Below are positions 53,631 to 64,000 of a stretch of 64,000 nucleotides of DNA, one piece after another (the stretch's first letter is position 1; each line of letters starts with the position of its first letter). The stretch is from Octopus vulgaris. Taxonomy: Eukaryota. The stretch lies in assembly GCA_951406725.2 (NCBI GenBank), contig OX597832.1, positions 12,028,001-12,092,000 of the forward strand, given 5' to 3'. Position numbers and translations under genes: made by a program. Below the pieces are notes generated by a model. It saw nothing but the letters and a program-made list of their open reading frames with translations. It searched no databases and was not told the DNA's origin.

Positions 53631-56232
53631 CAATAATTATTAAAAGTGTTTAAACTGTTTTCATATTTCAACATTAGCGTTTTGATAATTTACAGAGGTA
53701 TCTTAGATAATTACGGTGGATTTGGGAGACATATCCAAAGTTCAATAAACATTTTTCAAATACACCGCCTTGTTTTGAGCATTATAATCATATTTCAATT
53801 ACAGGTTTTACAGATTCACTGCCTTTACTTGAATAATTAGCGAATAGTGAGCTTCGCTTTCATATTTCAATAATAGGAATTTTATGTTATTTAAAATCAT
53901 ATTCGATGTATGTTGTCCCTTTGTCGTCTTAACGTGTACACCTTTTGTCTGCATCACTGTGATATATAAATTCTATTCGGGTTAAAAGCTGTTAAACCTT
54001 GCGTAACCTAAATAAATGTTCTCTTTAAGAGAATTTAATATATTAATTCACGAATGTCCTTTGCAGAGGTGAAAGAAATATTATTTCCTGTTTGAGACAT
54101 TTCGATGTCAAGTGGACAGACACGTCACAAACACCACCAACGTTGTCTGGAATCTAATTGGTTTAAAATCATACTCACTAAGCAATGTAAATTAGCTTGG
54201 AGATTCTTTCAACAGTCATAATCAATAATCAATTTAGTAGCTTAACAATTAAACTTTTGTCAAGTAAATTATTCAAAATTTCTTACCTCCAGACACAAGA
54301 AGACCGAAGAGCGCAATATTATCACTCGGGGGTTGAACAGTGTGTGTCTATTTAAATCAATGCCGGCCAGTTTTCTTATCGCCAAAATCTGAATTGAATG
54401 AAGTGGCAATTTCATACATATTGACAATGAAAAATTGCCCTACCACACATAGGCTGACAATTTTGAGAAGAATTATGTTTCTTGTCGAAAATGTTGATAA
54501 GACATTTTCAAATATGAGAGTAAAATTGGTGAAGTGGAGTAGGGGTATAGAATGTTGTTTAAGCATCATATAATAAACAGTTATAGATGTGAGGAAAATT
54601 TGTTGCAATATGGTCTCAAAAAATAATCTTCATTCAAACAATTTTCCTATTTTCAACATGTAATGCGCATCACATGGAAATATTTCCAAAACATTTTAAG
54701 TATTACTTTCTTGTATCGCTAACAGAACATACATGCTTTGGGGGAAGGAAAACAATTGATTACATCTACTCTACAACATGACTAATACACCTACCCTACA
54801 ACCTGACTATTCATTTTATCTGAAATACAAAAAGCAAAGCTGATTTAAACAACATTTTGATATTGTTTATTAAAGATTGCTGTATAATTTAAGGGGCAGA
54901 ACGGACGATTAAGTCACCGGAGGTTGTTTTCATTCAATATTCTTGGAGCGTTTTGTTTCGTTTATCTTCTCTCGGGGATTGCTAACATAAGTTCATGTCA
55001 AGTAAATGAGATATGTCAGCCGAATTCCTCATGAAAGCGTGGCCTTTGTCAAACTCGATGTATCTGTTAAATTATTGAAATTCTTTCTTCAGGACTTTCA
55101 TTATGTGCTTCACCGTATTAATCTAAATTAGAATGTGTTCTATATTAAGCTTCATTCAGTTTTCGATTAAATAACACCGTTGTTTTTGAGAAATAATTCC
55201 TCGCTTTCAAATATTTTAATTGTAAAGCATTCGCTCTATAAATTTGCGTACGTGTACATTATATCTAAATCTATATTAGGATCCATAAAAAGGGAAATTA
55301 AAAATATATTCGCACAAAAGAAAGTGAGATACTCAAGACGGTGAAACTTGCTAATACAAACATGAAACGAAACTCAACTTTCGAGACCCGTTACATTTTT
55401 ACTCACTGAAAATAAAACACAGGTGTAAATGTATCGATAATAAAGTCCATATTATTTCAAAGCCATTTTGCATTGCGTTAAGAACAACGCAGTTCCATTG
55501 TGAATCCACGTATAAAATAGTAATAAAAGAAAATTAGATAGTTCAGCCCCGTTTGATCAGACGAGTACATATTATGAGGCATAATATCTGATACATTCTC
55601 TTACTTCGTGTTTAACATCCTTTTATCCTGAAAGTATATATATAATCGATTTATATAACAGGTACCTATATTATGAATGAGCCCTGATGTTTGAAATATC
55701 AATTGCAAGCGAAAATATTTCGAAATCACTTTACAGATAGGTGAAGCTTGATATTTTAAGAGGCTTAGATGGAGGATATATCATTCCTGTGGATACGTTT
55801 TGTGTAAGGTCGAAACCATAAAATTTCATAATAAATATTTTTTGTCAATTTTTCTTTTCTTGTATTATGTAATGTAAAATTCATTAAAATTAAGTAGCTG
55901 AATATATTAAGAGAACGAGTAATTGAAAAATTTTTAAACAACACATTTATACTAACGATAATCAAATTCTTTAGAAACTAAAATGTATTGAAAATAGTAG
56001 TTTCCTATACTACTCTGAATCTTGAATATTTTAGACACTAGCACGAATATTTTCACCTTTACGAAGGACACTAGAGAAATGTAACGATCTGTAGCTACTC
56101 TAGAATATTACTTAAAGTAATCTGTATAAATTATTCATGGTGAATGTATTTTCTAGGGTGTAAATGGACAAAGCTTTAACATGCTAATGGAAATGTGATG
56201 CTTTGAGATATATCATATTATTAATAATAAAA

Positions 56233-57030
56233 TGCCGATGGATTGGTGGACTCGTTAGAGCATCGATAAAATGGCTTGTATTAACTCTTAGCATTCTGTG
56301 TTCAAATTCACTCTTAGTCATCTTTGTTGTTCATGCTCTCGGGTTCATTAACTATTAAACATCAGTCATGTAGTGAAAAGGGTAAAATCGACTGAAAATT
56401 TCGCCACTAATTCTCTTTTGTGACACTGCGTTGCCCGACTTGTCAATGCACCTGACAAAATGCTTTGCGGTAAATATTTTGTATCTTTATCTTCAGAGTT
56501 CAAATCTCATCAACATGAACTTTAGCTGTCACGCTTCTATAAAAAAGGCTAATGTCCTTCATTCCAAATTTGGCACTTCATGCTTAAATTCTAAACAGTA
56601 ATGGTTATTAATGTGGGTATTAAGACGATGAGCTGGTAAAATCGCTATCACGTCGTTCAATGTAGTTAGTGACATTTGGTCCGTCTTTACGTTCGGAGTT
56701 CAAATTCCACCGATGTCTGCTTTGTCTTTCATCCTTTGGGGCTGATTGAAAATAGAGCCATTCAAATATTTCGGGGCCGATGCAAACGAATTCCTCCTCG
56801 CTTCAGAATCTACTAGCGCAATGTCAAATCTAAACATTTTATGACAATTATTCAGGATATTGATTGACAGAACTGTCGATAAGTCGGTGACAAGTTTCCT
56901 TGCAGCCCTTCGTTCTGCGTCCAAATACCGCATAGGTCAACTTTATTGTACATCATTCCAGGCTCGATAAAGTGATATATCAGATCAGTAGCATGGTCAA
57001 TTTAACTGCGAAAATGTTTCCTCTAAATCT
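56233..57030 (+). mobile_element. Cluster of about 4 degenerate family A SINE copies
   Basis: Repeated B-box-like g(a/t)gttcaaat motifs near 56300, 56497 and 56697 and gtccaaatac near 56920; best copy 56622-56760. Confidence 0.55.
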
Positions 57031-57266
57031 TAAGATGTTGTGTAAGAAATTGTTATCATGCAAGTTGGTATATATTCGAAAACCCGCTCAGTCATTTGCG
57101 AACAGATTTACGGATGAAAATCCAGCTGAAAAACAGACAGCATGTCTCCGTCTCCTTTTATGATATACACAATGCGGACCACATATTTTTCTTTCTCGTG
57201 TCCTATCTAAGAAGAAAATAGTTATTAGACGCACTTTCCGAATACGCCAATTCCCTAATTGAAATC

Positions 57267-57627
57267 TACTCTTTTACTTGTTTCTGTCATCTGACTGTGG
57301 CCATGCTGGAGCATTGTCTATAGTCGATCAAATCGACCCCAGGACTTATTCTTTATAAGTCTATTACTTATTCTATAGGTCGCTTTTGCCGAACCATAAG
57401 TTACGGGAACCTAAACACACCAGCATCGGTTACCAATGCATCCATATATAAATATACATATATACGACGCGCTTCTTTCAGTTTCCGTCTACCAAATGCA
57501 GTCACAAGGCTTTGGTCGGCCCGAGGCTATAGTAAAAGACACTTGCCCAAGCTGCCATGCAGTGGGACTGAACCCGGAATTGTGGTTCGTAAGAAAGCTA
57601 CTTATCATAGAGCCACCCCTACGCCTA
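57267..57627 (-). mobile_element. SINE family C, diverged
   Basis: Homologous to 13426-13848. Confidence 0.88.
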
Positions 57628-57689
57628 TAACAACTTGTTGAATTCACAACTTTATTTTCTTCATTTGCATTTTCAAATATTAAAGGATA

Positions 57690-58016
57690 AAGACCACCAC
57701 CCCTTTCGATCGTGAATTACTTTAGAACTGCACCTAGAAAGTTACCCTCCGAAGCACAAGTCTGTATAAGGTAGTTTCTGAAAGACCAGCAGTCACTCAT
57801 GCATACCAGCTTCCTCACTCAACGCCACCGATGTTATCCAAGGAAAAAGCCAATAACTCTTGGCTCCAGTGAGGTCGCAACTCATTTCTTTAGGTGAATG
57901 ATCCGGAGCAACGTGAAATAAAGTGTATTTTTCAAGAACACAACAAACAGCCCTGTTCGGCAATCGAACTCACTATGTCTTGATTGTGAGGCAGTCGCTT
58001 TAACGACTGAGCCATA
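57690..58016 (-). mobile_element. tRNA-derived SINE family E
   Basis: Minus strand atggctcagtcgttaaagcg A-box and gagttcgattgcc B-box; body homologous to 505-725. Confidence 0.75.
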
Positions 58017-58794
58017 GCTATAGACACAAAGACAAATACTCGCCATTCATGCACCGATACTGAACACTAGCGTGCACGGAACATGCCCATATAAACAATC
58101 AGTAAACACATATATTCAAGCCCACCCCAAGCACACGAAAATGCCATTGTTTACTTCTGAAATAGTTGGGTAAACACACACATATGTAAGTCTTACAAAT
58201 ATAGACCCCGAGGTATTTTTCTGCGTGCTAAATTAACTACGGAGAATACAGAGAAACAATCTAAGCATTTACAATTTATTACTTTATTACTCAAGACAAA
58301 TATTAATGTTTACGAGATTAAACTTATTGACCTTAGTAATGTAACCAAAGCCGTACCTGTATAACTTCTCTCTCTCTCTCTTTACCGCTGTCAATCTGCT
58401 TGAAAAACATGTTGATGTAATTGTGTGTCTGAAAGTGATATCTTCTGCAGAGATATTATAGTCAATTCTATTATCAAATATCGAGGAAGAAATACGGAAA
58501 AGGTTAATTTTATTTTCATACTCCTATCATAGAAATCAATGGAGAAACAATATATTGCTTGGTCTTTTGGGACATATCGACAGATATATTTAGAGAAACC
58601 ATTATATAGATATATATATGAAGGTGAGTGTGTGTGCGTGTGAGTGCGTGTGTTTGTGTGTGTATATGTATGCATGTGTGTGCACGCGTACCTGTATGTA
58701 TATCTATATTTAAATATATATATATATATACTTCAATTATACTAAATGTATATGTTTTAATATATATATGTAATAAAATATGTACATTGTATGA

Positions 58795-58830
<36 letters not shown>

Positions 58831-58856
58831 TGTATGTATGTATGTATGTATGTATG

Positions 58857-58924
<68 letters not shown>

Positions 58925-58992
58925 GATCGATCGATAGATAGATAGATAAATAGATAGATAGATAAATAGATAGATAGATAGATAGATTGGTT

Positions 58993-59035
<43 letters not shown>

Positions 59036-59120
59036 TGGTTGATAGATAGATAGACAGATAAATAGATTGGTTGATAGATAGATAGATAGACAGATAAATA
59101 GATTGGTTGATAGATAGATG

Positions 59121-59168
<48 letters not shown>

Positions 59169-59191
59169 TTTAGATAGATAGATAGATTGGT

Positions 59192-59247
<56 letters not shown>
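58795..59247. repeat. Compound (TATG)n-(TATC)n-(GATA)n-(TA)n microsatellite
   Basis: Directly visible. Confidence 0.97.
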
Positions 59248-59250
<3 letters not shown>

Positions 59251-62200
59251 CTTACTCCCCAATCGGTAGCATATCTATACGACATATCTATACGTTTAAG
59301 TATTCAGAGCGCTCTGCAAAATATTTTGAATTCAATGCATCTATGGTACTAATATAGTAACATTATAATTGAGTTAGGAAATATAATTTCACTATTGCTG
59401 TCCCTTAGTAATAACATTTAATTACATTGCTCATTTACATCGGTATCAATAATTTGATATCAATGTTTCTCTACTGATTTATATATAGAAATTTGTAGCG
59501 GATGAAAAATAAAAGAAAAGGAAAAGTGAATAAATTTATCACAATATTAATGACCATAAATTATTTTAAAGTATTAGGTACAATTCTCCAAAGTAAGATT
59601 TTGTTGATTTAAAACTCTGAAATATATTGTTTCACAAACGAACGTTTGAAGCGGGTTCGCGCAAATCGGCTGTTCTATTTATATTACGTAGTTTAGTATT
59701 CCAGTCTATATTTCTCAGGAAATTTATATCATTTCCTGGTTTTAAATTCGATCGACATTCAACGGCTGTTGTTGAGTTGAAATGACTGACATATCTCACC
59801 CTGTTCAAACTTTTTTTTGTTTTTATATTCAATTAGTAGAAACCAAGACCATGTTTTAATTATAATATTGCTTACGGGACTATTCAATACGTTGTAAGCA
59901 ACCTACTGAATTTAAAGACCAAATATCTTGCACCAGATAAATGGGAATATATATATTAATCTTTGACATTGACACAGGTGGTAGTTGATGTTACAAGGGC
60001 TTAAATATAGAACTGACTGGAAACGAAGAATCTACTGTAACTCTTGCGCTGTTATATTCAAGTCGATGAAATTATATTCCGAACAGAATATATGTGCTAT
60101 AGGAATTTTAAGGATTACAAAGTGCTCCTTTTTCATTTTGGGATGGTATGTAACTTTCCTCTCTCTGAAGCCCACGGCGAGATTTCATAAGGAACGAGGC
60201 TGAAAGAAAAGAAGGAGAGAGATAATCACTTTCCTATTTCAGTCAACGTCTCATCAAGTTCATTAAGATCTACTTGGAAACCAAAGGTAAACGATGAAGG
60301 AGTCACTATAATTGAATGAAATTTGTAGAATAAGCTTGAAACTGTTGGCAATAACCTATATGTTATTGACCTGGAATCTCTTGATTAAGACTTTTGTATA
60401 CATTTTTCATAGTGTTTCATAATAATTTCTGTGAAAAGGCCAGATCAGTTTTATATCCTCAGACATTTCAAAACTTTTTACGTGAAAGAGTATAATTTAA
60501 AATTTTAATTACAAAAATCTCTATATAATAATAGCCACACACACTTATGAATCCGCCCTATATATATATGGAAGTTGTTTGGTTGACTGGTTTCTCGAGT
60601 CTCGCTTTACACTACAAAGCATCAAGAGAAGAAGTAAAAAGTGAAAGAGAGATACAGAGACAATTAAGATACGTGCAGGATGAGCGATGGGTGGAATGCA
60701 ACGAATAAAAGAATGCCAAACACCACAGAGTGAGAGAGGGAAAATCATAGAAACGAAGCAAAAAGAGCAGGTACGCCTCTGTTGCTATGATCATAGGTAT
60801 GTGTGAGTATGTGTGTGTAGTTGTGGTTGTGTGAGTGCATATATATATACATATATACAGAGAAGGAGAGAGAGAAAGAGAGAGAGAGAGAAAGTGGGTG
60901 AGATGAGAAGTGGTGTGAGTGATAAACAATTTTAAAAAATCTAAATAAAATTTATACATAGGCATAGATTGTATTATAACTTGCTATATACATTACTGCG
61001 AAAACTATATTTTCACTTTATTCAAATTTTATGTTCAATAAGTTAAAATAAATTGAAAAACTCTCCTTCTTGCTTTTATAGTATGATAGTTCACATACAC
61101 TCACTATCCCCCTCTCTCCCTCTCTCACACACACGCACATACACACACACACACTATATGTCTTTGCGTGTGTATGTAAGCGTGTGTATCAAATTTGTGT
61201 ATTACTATATAGGTGCAATAAAGAGCAAAAAATGCAAGGATTATGAAAGAAATAGGGCATTCTCGAAAACATATTTTAAATTAAAAACGAAAACTGAAAC
61301 ATGAACGAAGCAAAAAGTGACAAACAAAGAATTCTGATTATAAACAATATTATATAGCCGCGCTCGGATATTGCTCTAGAAAATTCGCAATAAAATTGTA
61401 CGTACATCGTTTGATATTTTTGCAGCAACTAATAAAGAAGCCCATAACCTTTTGGTAAGTTGTCTAACCATGAGGTTATAATCGACTATGGGGTACAAAC
61501 AGCTTGAGGTATAGAGCGAGTGAAAGAGTGATACAGAGAGAGAAATTCATGGTAGAAAGACACTGAAAATATAGTGTAAAAACAGCTATGCATTTATTTA
61601 TGTTTCCAATTACTAGCATTCTCTTCTTAAAACCATTTATAGAACGGCGCCGCGCGCACACACATTTACACGGACATTTATAAACACACATATAGCGTAC
61701 ATGACAAACATATATGGAAAGTTGAATAACACAAATTAGTTATGATCTTCACAACAGCTGTTTCAGACGTGTTCTTTATTGATGAACAAACCAGTTACAT
61801 GATGTAAGAATAACGTTTTCTTGAGTAGAATTACATGATGTAATTACTTTGTTCACCAATAAAAAATCACGTTGGAAACAGCTGTAGCGAACGCCAGCCG
61901 TTTTTTTGTTATTATTTATACTACACCACACTTTGAAACTTCCCTGAGTTAGACCTTGAGCCAAACAGCGTGCCGTGTACTGCACGTCGGAGTTTACGTA
62001 TACGCTCAATGCATTTGACCTGCATATTTTGATGTGTTTTTAAGGGGAAGGACAAATCTGCATATACTCTAGTAAGTACGCGAGTGTCCCTACACACTGT
62101 TGACCCGCGACTTTACCTCGGTGTCGTTAATAAAATACATCAAGGTTCTGCAAGTAATTACATGGAAAGTTATGTGTTCATGTATAGATATGTTTGTGCA

Positions 62201-62839
62201 TATATGTGTATATATGTATTTGACACAGTTAATTGTCCATCTGCATTTCGATATTCTATGCATTCCCTTCGATGACCGAGGTGCATTTTTTCATAAATTG
62301 CAACTCAGTGGATTTGCAAATAGTTATACGTAAGTGAATCCTTATGATCGACAAATGAATACTTCCAAAGATGACCAAAGCAAGCCCACTGGGAAATATA
62401 CATGTAAACGTATTATTTATTACTTAGATTCATATGATTGTATTTGTTTCATTGTATAATATATAAATGTCCATTAGTGTTTAAAATCTACGACACAAAT
62501 GCATAAAACGTTAGCCGATGAAAGATAGGATCAAAGATTACTAATAACCAAGTCCTGGTTTACTGTTTTAAGGTTCTTGTTCGAATAGTTAAAAATTTGA
62601 ACTGAATAATGTCCTTACCATATTGCATGAATTTCAAAACAACGGGCAATGTTTTGATGGAATGCAGTGTTATAGACGTTAAATGAAGCTGAAAGAATAG
62701 GAGGGGATGTTAGAAGCGAGAAAGTGGTGAGTATTACGAAACAACGGACATATGCCAGATTAGAAATCTCTAAGCAACCACCAAAAAGATACACTAGATA
62801 GTGGCAAACGTCATACGTCATGTAATACACGAGGTTTTG

Positions 62840-63000
62840 TATAGATTTCGGTCTTGTATAGAATTTCGGCTAGTTAGAGGGATAGAACAAGTACCAGGAT
62901 TTCAGAAAATAAATGCTGGGATCAATCCATTCGATTAAAAATTCTTTGAGACGGTGCTCCAGCATGGCCGCATTCTAATGACTGAAACATGTTACAGATA
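62840..63000 (+). mobile_element. SINE family C 3' fragment
   Basis: gatagaacaagtacc...cggtgctccagcatggccgca..aatgactgaaac. Confidence 0.7.
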
Positions 63001-63854
63001 AATGTAAACCTTTGTATTTTTTCTATTTTGATCTAAAATATTCTCCGTATTAATCTATTTTTATGAAGCTGTATCCGAATATGATTATATTCTACAAACA
63101 TGATAGGCTATATACTTTATCGATCTCGGAACGATGAAAGCCAAAGACTTCGCGGCTGGGAGCAGAGGAACGCACACTATAAAGAGTATAAACAATTCTG
63201 CATCACAATCTTTTCTGATGTAAGTTTTGAAAACCCGCAACATCTTAACCACATGAAAAGAAAATATTTTTCTGCTTTGATACGGAAATATATGAAAAAT
63301 GTTGGCCCACCTCTGCAAAATGTATTGCTGAGCCTGCGTCTCACTTAAATCTATCAGCCTTTTACAATTCAGGACCCTCTTTAGCTTGCTTAATCTGCTA
63401 ATTAGAAGCATTCCATTATCTGTCTCCTGAATATACCATATCTCCGTTTCTACGCTGTAATCTTTGTCCTTTTTGAGACACAACGGTGTCAACTTGCTTT
63501 TCACTTTTCGTATTGTCATAACATCCTTTTGTTTCCAAGTTCCCCAATAATGATACTCAATTATTGATTATGCTACCACTCACAATCCGCAATCGATTAG
63601 CTCATGCTGAAACGATACATAGTATCTGCAGCAATAAATATCAACAAGGTTATCTCACTATATCGTGTTGGGTAATATGTTATCTCACCACAATTTGTAA
63701 CAGCGTTCTACACTAAAAGAAACACACAGACAGCGTATACTTGGCTAATGTGTTACCTGTCTATAAAAACAAGGGGACAGATACGCCGTATCTTGTATAC
63801 GGGAAAACGAGGACAGTCATATGTAGAAGTAGGGTATTGGAAATTTACTCTTGC

Positions 63855-63901
<47 letters not shown>

Positions 63902-63943
63902 TAATAATAATAATAACAACAATAATAATAATAATAATAATAA
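63855..63943. repeat. (AAT)n microsatellite
   Basis: Directly visible. Confidence 0.97.
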
Positions 63944-64000
63944 TGAGAAGAAGAAGAAAAAGAAGTTGATGATGATGTTGAAGAAGAAAACAACAGAAAA

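Overview
AT-rich, repeat-dominated animal genomic DNA, most likely intronic or intergenic. The SINE families and the extreme (TA)n/(CA)n/(GATA)n/(CAT)n/(GAA)n load resemble an Octopus (coleoid cephalopod) genome; that assignment is an inference from recalled repeat sequences. No intact protein-coding gene is supported, and nearly all long ORFs in the track are microsatellite read-throughs. The window contains: one near full-length but dead Tc1/mariner DD34D transposon (7532-8775, TIRs plus TA); two fragments of a second mariner lineage; a TTAA-flanked piggyBac-type MITE; many tRNA-derived SINEs from at least four families, several with clear target-site duplications, including a trimer inserted as one unit; and several heavily decayed LINE remnants. 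The most interesting signal is a set of short unique inserts embedded in (TA)n arrays. Three carry hammerhead-ribozyme cores (one canonical at 19668-19738, two variant) and three are long fold-back palindromes (one perfect, with 83-bp arms). Together these suggest Penelope-like, microsatellite-targeting retroelement relics. SINE family letters A-E are my own working labels.
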